A stretch of DNA of 15,789 bases, from assembly GCA_032128115.1 (NCBI GenBank), contig JAQBHB010000038.1, positions 1-15,789 of the forward strand, written 5' to 3'. This stretch comes from Deltaproteobacteria bacterium (GTDB taxonomy: Bacteria; Myxococcota_A; UBA9160; SMWR01). A program made the position numbers and the translations under genes. Shown here piece by piece: positions 7,504 to 14,977 of this stretch (position 1 is the stretch's first letter; every line of letters starts with the position of its first letter). The notes beneath the pieces are model-generated. The model had not been told where the DNA came from. It did not search any database and saw only the letters and a program-made list of their open reading frames with translations.

Positions 7504-7911
7504 TCACGAAGGCTGGACGACCTGGGCGTCCTTCAGCTCCCAGTAGCCGCGCAACGAGACCAGCTTGCCGTCGTCATTCACCCGATACGTGAAGATTCCG
7601 GTCACCCGCATCGCGGTGCCGTTGGGGAACGTGGTGGTGAGTTTCATGCGATGCGCCGACTCCAGGGGAGTCGAGAACGATTCGGAAACGTCGAACTCGA
7701 TGGTGTTGGGCGCGATGTTCTGGTCGAAAAAAGCGGCGACGGCCGCCTTGCCCGAGTGCCCCTTGCCGTGGGGATCCAGGGGCGAGACGCCGATGGGGTC
7801 CTCGATCACGATGTCGTCGGCCATCAGGTCGAGCCATTCCTGCTTCGCCTTGCCGCCGATCGCCGCCCACGAGGCCCGCGCGGCGATCATCGCCGGGTGT
7901 TCGTCACTCAT
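7504..7911 (-). CDS. NTF2/SnoaL-fold ketosteroid-isomerase-like protein, Rv0760c-like
   Basis: EWLDLMADDIVIEDPIG, GKAAVAAFFD and GIFTYRVNDDGKLVSLRGYW match my recall of Rv0760c. AGGAG SD upstream of ATG 7911. Confidence 0.85.
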   Translation of the reverse strand: MSDEHPAMIAARASWAAIGGKAKQEWLDLMADDIVIEDPIGVSPLDPHGKGHSGKAAVAAFFDQNIAPNTIEFDVSESFSTPLESAHRMKLTTTFPNGTAMRVTGIFTYRVNDDGKLVSLRGYWELKDAQVVQPS

Positions 7912-7923
7912 GAGAATCTCCTT

Positions 7924-9990
7924 CTAGATGGAACAGGCCACGCGCACCGCGTCAGCCGTGGCCTTTCGAATCAGACCGAGTCCGGTGCAGTCGCCCACCG
8001 CGTGGGCCTCCGGAACCGAAGCCTCGATGGCATCGAACAGCTTCGTATCCGGCTCGACCTCACCGGCGAGAATCACCGAGTCGGCTTCCACCAGGAGATC
8101 GACGCCCTCTTCCTGGCGCACCACGATGCCACGGGAGGTGATCTCCCGGTAGTCCACCCGCGTGTGGACGGGAACGCCGAGCTTGTCGAGGCGGTCCATG
8201 TGCTCGCTCCGGCGTTTGCCCCCCACCTCGGGGGCGAGGCGGTTGCCGGGCGCCAGCAGCGACACGCGCCGACCCCGGCACGCCAGGAACTCGGCCAGCT
8301 CAACGGCCGCCAGATCGCCGCCTGCAACCGCCACGCGACGCCCGAGCGGCATCCACAGGCGCGTGAGCGCGCGGGACAGCGCCGGCGTGGCAAAGCGCGA
8401 GAGCCCCGGCGCAAGTCCCCGCAGTGCGATGCGCTGCCACGGGGACAGGGGCCTTGCCCCCTCGGCGGAGTTCCGGCCTTCCAGCAGCGCGCGCAGCCCT
8501 GCGCCGGTGAAAACTCCGGGCCGATCCGAGCCTGGAATCTCCGGTGTCACCACGCATCCGCCCGTGGCCACGATCGCCACGTCGGGACGCAGAGCACGCA
8601 CACCCGCAGGTGTCATCTCTTCTCCCAACCGGACCTCGATGGGGAGCGTGCGCACACACTCCTGCAGGTACCGCAGGAAGGGCTCGTTCTCGGGATGGAC
8701 GGTTGCCGCCAGACGCAAGGCGCCCCCCAGCATCCGCTGGCGCTCCACCAGGACCACCCGGTGCCCCCGGAGCGCCGCCACCCGGGCGGCTTCGAGCCCA
8801 GCGGCGCCGGCTCCCACCACCAGCACGCGCCGGGGCAGGGCCGCGCGCTCGAAGGCCACTTCGCCCTCGAGGCCGCTGCGTGCGTTGACGGCGCAGCTCA
8901 TTTTCAGCCGCTCCATGCTGTCGATGCAGTGCTGGCACGAGATGCACGGACGGATCCGGTGCGACAGCCCCATGCGTGCCGAATTCGGAAGCTCCGGGTC
9001 GGCCAGAAGCGGTCGGCCCATGGCGATCAGATCCGCTCGCTCCTCGCGCAGGAGGCGCTCGGCGAGCCACGGATCATGGACGCGCCCCACCAGCATCACC
9101 GGAACGTCCACCACCTGTTTTACCGCCGCCGCCGCCGCCTCGTTATGGGCGCTTCCGAAGTGCGAGCCGGTCACGATCTGCGTCACATAGCGGTCGATCA
9201 CACCCCCCGAGACGTGAAAGGCCGCCACTCCGGCGCGGGCCAGGATCGGTGCGATGCGCTGGGTGTCTTCGATGCTCCGCCCACCGGGCACGCGTTCGTA
9301 GCCGGAAATTCGCAGCGTCACGGGAAAGTCCTCGCCGGCGGCAGCGCGGATCGACTGCAGCACCTCCAACGCGAAGCGCAGGCGCCCCTCGAGCTTGCGA
9401 GCGCCGTACTCGTCACTGCGTCGATTGCGCAGGGGCGACAGGAAGGAGCCGATCAGCATGTAGCCGTGAGCCGCGTGCAGCTCGATGCCGTCGTAACCCG
9501 CCTCCCGCACCCGGCGTGCGGCCTGCCCGAACAACCCGGCGATCTCGTGGATCTCGTCGACGTCGAGCTCGCGCGAGGGATGACCGGTCAGATACGACGG
9601 GTTCACCGAGGGCCCCACCGAGGGTGTCCCGTCCAGGAGGGGGGACATGGAGTCGGGGCCCGGATGCACGAGTTGCGGCTGCACCCGGGCGCCGTGAGCG
9701 TGCAGGCGATCGGTGAGCTCCCGGTGCATCGGAATCACGTCGTCATCGGAGAAATGCATGGAGTGGATGACTTCCCGGTGGCGGCGGTCGACACTGGACG
9801 CCTCCAGCGTGATCAGCCCCACCCCGCCCCGGGCGCGCGCCTCCAGGTAATCGAGCAGGCGCGGTGTCGGCAGCCCCTCTTCGCTGGCGTAGTCGGTCGT
9901 CATGGGCGCCATCACGAGTCGGTTGCGCAGCTCCATGGAACCGATCCGAATGGGGGTAAAGAGCTTCTCGAGCGTCGGGCGGCGGGGCAT
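7924..9990 (-). CDS. NADH:flavin oxidoreductase (OYE TIM barrel + 4Fe-4S + FAD/NAD domain), BaiH/BaiCD/2,4-dienoyl-CoA reductase family
   Basis: 688 aa from ATG 9990 (TGATG overlap with the upstream stop). LFTPIRIGSMELRNRLVMAPM, QLVHPGP, GYDGIELHAAHGYMLIGSFLSPLRNRRSDEYG, GRPLLADP, Cys cluster CISCQHC-x10-C, VLVVGAGAAG, C-terminal VGDC. Confidence 0.9.
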   Translation of the reverse strand: MPRRPTLEKLFTPIRIGSMELRNRLVMAPMTTDYASEEGLPTPRLLDYLEARARGGVGLITLEASSVDRRHREVIHSMHFSDDDVIPMHRELTDRLHAHGARVQPQLVHPGPDSMSPLLDGTPSVGPSVNPSYLTGHPSRELDVDEIHEIAGLFGQAARRVREAGYDGIELHAAHGYMLIGSFLSPLRNRRSDEYGARKLEGRLRFALEVLQSIRAAAGEDFPVTLRISGYERVPGGRSIEDTQRIAPILARAGVAAFHVSGGVIDRYVTQIVTGSHFGSAHNEAAAAAVKQVVDVPVMLVGRVHDPWLAERLLREERADLIAMGRPLLADPELPNSARMGLSHRIRPCISCQHCIDSMERLKMSCAVNARSGLEGEVAFERAALPRRVLVVGAGAAGLEAARVAALRGHRVVLVERQRMLGGALRLAATVHPENEPFLRYLQECVRTLPIEVRLGEEMTPAGVRALRPDVAIVATGGCVVTPEIPGSDRPGVFTGAGLRALLEGRNSAEGARPLSPWQRIALRGLAPGLSRFATPALSRALTRLWMPLGRRVAVAGGDLAAVELAEFLACRGRRVSLLAPGNRLAPEVGGKRRSEHMDRLDKLGVPVHTRVDYREITSRGIVVRQEEGVDLLVEADSVILAGEVEPDTKLFDAIEASVPEAHAVGDCTGLGLIRKATADAVRVACSI

Positions 9991-11444
9991 CAGAGGCTCG
10001 CCACCCGCTGTCCCACCAGGCGGCCGAAGAAGGTCGCATCTCCGATGGAGAGGCCGCTGGCGTAGCTGCGGCCCTCGCGGCACAGCCCGGCCGCGCAGCG
10101 CCCCGCCGCATAGAGACCCGGAATCTCGGCTCCATCCGCCGAGAGCACCTCGCCCGTGGCCCGGACCCGCAGGCCTCCCAGCGTGAACCCCCCGAATATC
10201 GAGCGCTTCGTGCTGCAATCCAGAGCTGCGTAGGGAGGCGCCGCCAGGACTCGAAGATGAGCGGGGGCCTTGTGGAAGAGCGGGTCCTGGCCCCGGGCCG
10301 CGTCGCGATTGTAGGTCTCGAGGGTCGCGACCAGTGCTCCCGACGCGATGCCGAGCGACGCTTCCAGGGCCTCGAAGCTCTCCGCCACGGCTGCGAGCTT
10401 GTGGAAGGCCTGGGTCTGCCCGTAGATCTCGTCGTCCACGATCAGGTAGGCCACCGCGTCGGCCTTGAATACGATGGCGTCGCTGGTGCGGCCGATGTAC
10501 GCATCCTCGTTGATGAAGCGCTGCCCCTGGGAGTTCACCAGCACGCCCTTCAGGTGCGACGATGGGGGGTAGTAGGCGTTGAGCAGCAGGCCTTCGCTCA
10601 TGTTGATGGCCTCGCCGCCGGCCCCGACACCCATGCGGATCCCGCGCCCGTCGTCTCCCGGCGTCCCCAACGGGTAGTTCACGTGTAGAAGCGACGGGGC
10701 GTGTTGCGCCAGCATTTCGGGGTTCATGATGAATCCGCCGGCGGCCAGGATCACCCCCTTGCGGGCGCGGATGAACTCGCGCCTCCCATCGACGCGCACC
10801 CGCGCGCCCAGGATGCGGCCGTCCTCGCGCTGGACCAGGGCCTCCACCAGACAATCGTTCAGTGCCCGCGCGCCGGATTCACCGGCTGCGCGGAGCACGG
10901 CCTCCATCAGGTAGCCGCCCGCCTCTCCTTTGCGCGCAGGTTTGTGTCCCCGGGGCACTGGAGGCGTCACGTCCGAGCAGGGATACGCGTCCTCATTGCC
11001 ACTGAACAGCAGCGAGTCGTCCGTGAGCGGGTGCGTCACCTTGTCGGCGTGGAACGACTCCTTGAATTCAACCCCGAGGCCGCAGAACCACTCGAAGTGT
11101 TCAACGCTTCGCTCGCAGTAGAGCCGCACCCGCTCCTCGTCTGCGTGGGCTCCCGCTGCCAGACGCACGTAGTCCAGCATACCCTCGACCGAGTCGTCGA
11201 AGCCGCAGGCCTTCTGGATGCGAGTCCCGCCGCCGAAGTAGGTGATTCCCGTGGAGAGGGCCGTCGCCCCACCGCCACGCGACATGCGCTCGAGCACCAG
11301 GGTGTCGGCGCCGGCGTGCGCGGACTCGATGGCGGCGCAGCCCCCCGCAGCGCCAAAGCCCACAATCACCACGTCGTGCTCACGGTCCCAGCGCGAGACC
11401 TCTCGCGCCGGATGGGGACGGCTGGCCGCCGCCGTCTCCGCCAT
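9990..11444 (-). CDS. FAD-dependent 3-ketosteroid dehydrogenase, Delta4-(5-alpha)-KSTD-like (Rv1817/Ro05698 type)
   Basis: DVVIVGFGAAG FAD motif, GGATALS..YFGGGT.IQKACGFDDS, RFINEDAYIGR, FTLGGL, IPGLYAAGR, YASGLSIGDATFFGR. ATG 11444 in a TGATG overlap (GTG 11447 is an alternative). Confidence 0.85.
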   Translation of the reverse strand: MAETAAASRPHPAREVSRWDREHDVVIVGFGAAGGCAAIESAHAGADTLVLERMSRGGGATALSTGITYFGGGTRIQKACGFDDSVEGMLDYVRLAAGAHADEERVRLYCERSVEHFEWFCGLGVEFKESFHADKVTHPLTDDSLLFSGNEDAYPCSDVTPPVPRGHKPARKGEAGGYLMEAVLRAAGESGARALNDCLVEALVQREDGRILGARVRVDGRREFIRARKGVILAAGGFIMNPEMLAQHAPSLLHVNYPLGTPGDDGRGIRMGVGAGGEAINMSEGLLLNAYYPPSSHLKGVLVNSQGQRFINEDAYIGRTSDAIVFKADAVAYLIVDDEIYGQTQAFHKLAAVAESFEALEASLGIASGALVATLETYNRDAARGQDPLFHKAPAHLRVLAAPPYAALDCSTKRSIFGGFTLGGLRVRATGEVLSADGAEIPGLYAAGRCAAGLCREGRSYASGLSIGDATFFGRLVGQRVASL

Positions 11445-12094
11445 CACTCCCCGACTCGCGTCAGGGCTTCCGGCGCCCGGCAGAACGAACGGACCAACTG
11501 GTCGTGGATGTCGGCCACCAGCGCGTCCGGATCGCGCTGCATTCCGCGTTCGACCCAGTCGGCCAGCACCACCTGGTGCATCCCGATCATGAGCCGGGCC
11601 ATCAGCCGCGGGTCGCCGGGGTGGAAGATGCCCTCGTCGATACCCCGCTCGAACAGCGTTGCCTGCATGGCCACGCCCTCGCTCCAGGCGACGGCGCGGG
11701 CGCGGCTGGGGGCGCTGGCGCCTGAAAGGCCCCAGGCAAAGCCCTCGCGCAGGTGGATGCGGAGGAAATCGGGGTGAGCGGCGAAGAACTCCACATAGGC
11801 GCGCACCCCGGCCCGCAGCATGTCGAGAGGCGACGTCAGGCCCCGCGCGCCGTCGACCGCCCGCTGCAATACCTCGGCGTCGCGGACGTCGTGAACGGCC
11901 CGGAACAGCTCGGCCTTGCCGTGAAACACCGAATAGAGCGTTCCCAGCGACAGACCCGACTCGGCGGCAATCTCCTCCATCTTGGCGTCGTCGAAGCCCT
12001 TGTCGGCAAAGATCCGTTCCGCCGCCTCCAGAATGAGTTGGCGGTAGAGGGCGCTGCGCGCCCGGCGCACGTTCTCCCTGGATCGGCGCGGCAC
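11444..12094 (-). CDS. TetR/AcrR-family transcriptional regulator embedded in the cyp51 operon
   Basis: HTH: RQLILEAAERIFADKGFDDAKMEEIAAESGLSLGTLYSVFHGKAELF. Confidence 0.92.
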   Translation of the reverse strand: MPRRSRENVRRARSALYRQLILEAAERIFADKGFDDAKMEEIAAESGLSLGTLYSVFHGKAELFRAVHDVRDAEVLQRAVDGARGLTSPLDMLRAGVRAYVEFFAAHPDFLRIHLREGFAWGLSGASAPSRARAVAWSEGVAMQATLFERGIDEGIFHPGDPRLMARLMIGMHQVVLADWVERGMQRDPDALVADIHDQLVRSFCRAPEALTRVGE

Positions 12095-12100
12095 GGCAGC

Positions 12101-12658
12101 CTACCCGGAAGGGGTCACGGTCGGGTGCCAGTCGAATTCACTGCGACGCGTCCAGCCCGGCATGCGCGAGCCCTTCTTGAGGCGCTCCTGCATGCCTTCA
12201 CTCAGTTGATCGTTCTTGAGCATCTCCAGAAAACAGGCGCCCGCGTTCGAGTGATCGAAGAAGTCGCGCTGCCAGCTCCACTGGTAGTCACCCGCGTATC
12301 GGAACCAGGACCCCCCGGTCCCCACCACCTCGTAGGGCGTGCCATCGGGGCAGTTCACCGGCGCAATCTGGCGCCAGAAACCCACCACCTCACCTTGTCG
12401 GTCGTCGATCAAGACGCGGATATACGGATAGCTCCAGCCGACCAGGCCGCTCATCTCGGTCCCGAAGGCCCAGTCGCGGATCTGGTCGCGGCCGCGCGCC
12501 ACGAACTCGTACTTGCCACCGTTGTTCCAGCTGTAAAGCGCGTCTTCGCTGAAAAAACCGGCCATCCGACTCCAGTCGCCACTGCGACCCGACTCGTCGT
12601 TGGCCCGGGTCCAGCGCTGCATCATCTCTTCAAGCTCTTCTCGGGGGTACACGGGCAT
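12101..12658 (-). CDS. NTF2/SnoaL-fold protein, Rv0762c-like
   Basis: YPREELEE, EMSGLVGWSYPY, IDDRQGEVVGFWRQ, GGSWFRYAG and WQRDFFD match my recall of Rv0762c, which also lies directly after cyp51 and its ferredoxin in mycobacteria. AGGAG SD. Confidence 0.85.
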   Translation of the reverse strand: MPVYPREELEEMMQRWTRANDESGRSGDWSRMAGFFSEDALYSWNNGGKYEFVARGRDQIRDWAFGTEMSGLVGWSYPYIRVLIDDRQGEVVGFWRQIAPVNCPDGTPYEVVGTGGSWFRYAGDYQWSWQRDFFDHSNAGACFLEMLKNDQLSEGMQERLKKGSRMPGWTRRSEFDWHPTVTPSG

Positions 12659-12673
12659 GCAATCTCCTTGAAA

Positions 12674-14278
12674 TCAGTCTTCCTGCTCCAGCGAGAGCGC
12701 CCTCGTGGGGCAGTGCTCGACGGCCGCCTGCACCTGCTGGCGCAGTGCTTCGGGCGGCTCTTCCTGGAGCACGCGCACCTTCTGGCTGGCTGCATCGACC
12801 TGGAACACCTGGGGGGCCTCGGAGGCGCAGACCCCGTGTCCCTGGCAGAGGTCCAGGTCCACCCGAATGCGCCCCCCGCGCGTTGCACCCGGCCCCGCGC
12901 TGCGCCCGGCGATCTCGTGGGAAGCCTGACGCCGCCGGTACCGCACGCGACACGGCTGCGCGAGCTGCACCACCATCTTGGAGTGGTCGTTGCGGTAGCT
13001 CTCGGGGGGCTGCGCCAGCTCGAACTCCCACTCGCGCAGGAGTACGCTGAAAATCGCCTTGAGCTGCATCATCGCGAAGGCAGCGCCCACGCAGCGGTGG
13101 CGCCCCCCGCCGAACGGGATCCACGCGAACGACTGCCGATCCTCCTGACGACCGGGGCCGTAGCGATCCAGGTCGTAGCGGTCCGGCTCCGGAAAATTTT
13201 CGGGCATGCGGTTCGAAACCGCCGGTGAAACCGCCACGAGTTTTCCAGCCGCGACGGTCCAGTCCTTGTAGCGGAAATCCGACATCACCTTGCGCAGCAG
13301 CACGATGAGCGGCGGGTGCATCCGCAGCGCCTCCATGATTCCGTGCTCGAGTTCGGGAATCTCACGCAGGGCCTGGTAGCTCACGTCTCGCCCATCGGCA
13401 TAGAGGGTGTCGATCTCCTGCACTACACGCTTCGCAAACTCGGGGTGGCGCAGCAGCTCGATCAGGGTCCACGCGGCCGTGCCCGATGTGGTGTGATGCC
13501 CTGCGAACATCATGGCGATGAACATGCCGGTGATCTGGTCGGGTGTGTAGCGCGGCTGACCCCGGTCGTCGCGCAGCCGGGTGAGCACGTGCAGCAGGTC
13601 TCCGGTCTCGCGACCTTCGGACCGACGGGTGTCGATGATGGTGGTCACCATCTCCACCAACTGCCGCCGGGCGCGATCGCGCTGGCGGAACGAGGGCAGC
13701 GGCAGGTGCGGGTTCACGTACGCGAACGCGTCTGTCCCCTTCTCGAGCTGTTTGTAGGCGCGGGCGAAATCGGGAGTCAGCTCCTCCCGAAATTCGGTCC
13801 CCAGCAGACACGCACTGGACGTGTAGATGGTGAGTTCGGCGAAGAAATCGAGCAGGTCGATCTCGCCCGACTCGCCCCAACCTTCCAGCATGCGCTCGGT
13901 CTCGCGGGCGATCACCTCGGCGTGACCGCGCATGAACTCGTCGCGCAGCGAGCGATTGCGAATGGCCGCCTTTCGCTGCTCGACCGGCGTGTCGAACACC
14001 ACACCCGCGCCGAAGATCGGCTTCATGAACGGATAGGCCGCCGCCTGGTCGAGCTGCTCATCGGGCGCGCGAAAGAAGGCCTCTTGGGCCTCGACCCCGC
14101 TCATGAGCACCACGGGCTGCCCGGCCCAGCGCATCTCGCCGATTTCGCCGCATTCGGAACGGACCCGCTGCATGAGATCGATCGGCGAACGCCGCAGCTG
14201 CAGCAGATGGCCCAGCAGCGGCAGCCCCCCCGAAAGCTGGCACGGGCTCCGGCCGGACTGCGTTGCGGCTGCTGTCAT
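12674..14278 (-). CDS. cyp51: Sterol 14-alpha-demethylase CYP51 fused to a C-terminal [3Fe-4S]-type ferredoxin
   Basis: 534 aa from ATG 14278 (GGGGAGGT SD). CYP51 signatures LDQAAAYPFMKPIFGAGVVFD, MMFAGHHTTSGT, EALRMHPP and WIPFGGGRHRCVGAAFA, then an Ala/Gly-rich linker and RIRVDLDLCQGHGVC...AVEHCPTRALSL with no intervening stop. Confidence 0.93.
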   Translation of the reverse strand: MTAAATQSGRSPCQLSGGLPLLGHLLQLRRSPIDLMQRVRSECGEIGEMRWAGQPVVLMSGVEAQEAFFRAPDEQLDQAAAYPFMKPIFGAGVVFDTPVEQRKAAIRNRSLRDEFMRGHAEVIARETERMLEGWGESGEIDLLDFFAELTIYTSSACLLGTEFREELTPDFARAYKQLEKGTDAFAYVNPHLPLPSFRQRDRARRQLVEMVTTIIDTRRSEGRETGDLLHVLTRLRDDRGQPRYTPDQITGMFIAMMFAGHHTTSGTAAWTLIELLRHPEFAKRVVQEIDTLYADGRDVSYQALREIPELEHGIMEALRMHPPLIVLLRKVMSDFRYKDWTVAAGKLVAVSPAVSNRMPENFPEPDRYDLDRYGPGRQEDRQSFAWIPFGGGRHRCVGAAFAMMQLKAIFSVLLREWEFELAQPPESYRNDHSKMVVQLAQPCRVRYRRRQASHEIAGRSAGPGATRGGRIRVDLDLCQGHGVCASEAPQVFQVDAASQKVRVLQEEPPEALRQQVQAAVEHCPTRALSLEQED

Positions 14279-14328
14279 GATCCACCTCCCCAGACGACCA
14301 CGAGGGGCGAGTAGACCAGATTGTCCGA

Positions 14329-14367
14329 GCTTTGAAAAGCCGTTTCGTTGAACGAATGCTGATTCTA
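14329..14367. promoter_or_regulatory. AT-rich dyad cluster upstream of cyp51 (candidate operator/promoter)
   Basis: GCTTT-GA-AAAGC (14329-14340), perfect TTCGTT-G-AACGAA (14344-14356), and a minus-strand TAGAAT -10-like hexamer (14367-14362) with no clear -35. Confidence 0.4.
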
Positions 14368-14494
14368 CGCTCAGTGCCGGGATCGGGACTGCCACGGCCC
14401 ACTGCCCCGCAACTCCACCCGATCGCCCAGATACACCCGGAATGCCCGCTCGGCGGGAACCTGTCATCGGGCAGCCTGGGGCGGCGTTCCCCGG

Positions 14495-14875
14495 CTACCC
14501 CTGCCCTGCGAATTGCGCCATGTCGAAATAGTCACGCCAGGCGGCGATCTTGCCGTCCGGGGTGAGTTCGAACACGCCGCACACCGGCAGCTCCACATCG
14601 CCACTCTTCATCGCCAGCGTGTCGACGCGCTCGTTCAGGACCAGGGTTCCATTCACCACCTGGTGGCGGATGTCGAAGTGCACGGCACTCGCGGTGTTCT
14701 CGAACAGCCCGCCCACGAACGCGCGGATGGCGGCCTTCCCCTGGCACGGCGGCATCGGAATGTTGTGGTAGACCGCGTCGTCGGCAAAGGCTTCGACGAT
14801 GGCTTCCACATCTCCGCGGCCCCAGGCCGCGCAGAAATCCTTCACGATTCGTCCCGCGTCCAGTCCCGCGTCCAT
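14495..14875 (-). CDS. Limonene-1,2-epoxide hydrolase family protein (Rv2740/EphG-like)
   Basis: 126 aa from ATG 14875 with an AAGGAG SD. Catalytic set present: DAVYHN (Tyr/Asn), LNERVD (Arg/Asp), LPVCGVFE, WRDYFD (Asp). Confidence 0.88.
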   Translation of the reverse strand: MDAGLDAGRIVKDFCAAWGRGDVEAIVEAFADDAVYHNIPMPPCQGKAAIRAFVGGLFENTASAVHFDIRHQVVNGTLVLNERVDTLAMKSGDVELPVCGVFELTPDGKIAAWRDYFDMAQFAGQG

Positions 14876-14977
14876 TCCGGCTTCTCCTTCGACTCTGGTG
14901 ATGACGGTTCGGGGTATAGTACCCGGGATTGACGCCGAGGCTCCCCCATCCGGGCGGCCGCGGCACGAGGAGATGTG

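Noticed and set aside
9123..9139. GCC triplet run
   Set aside because: Encodes the poly-Ala stretch EAAAAAVK of the OYE gene; ordinary coding repeat.
7435..10065. 876-aa plus-strand ORF (likewise 11753-13228 + and 5171-6571 -)
   Set aside because: Antisense shadows of genes with clear family motifs.
9991..10854. 288-aa N-terminal extension of the OYE ORF
   Set aside because: Low-complexity Arg/Gly/Pro text overlapping the KSTD gene in another frame. Family homology starts at ATG 9990.
14279..14467. N-terminal extension of CYP51
   Set aside because: Runs through the AT-rich regulatory patch; a strong SD precedes ATG 14278.
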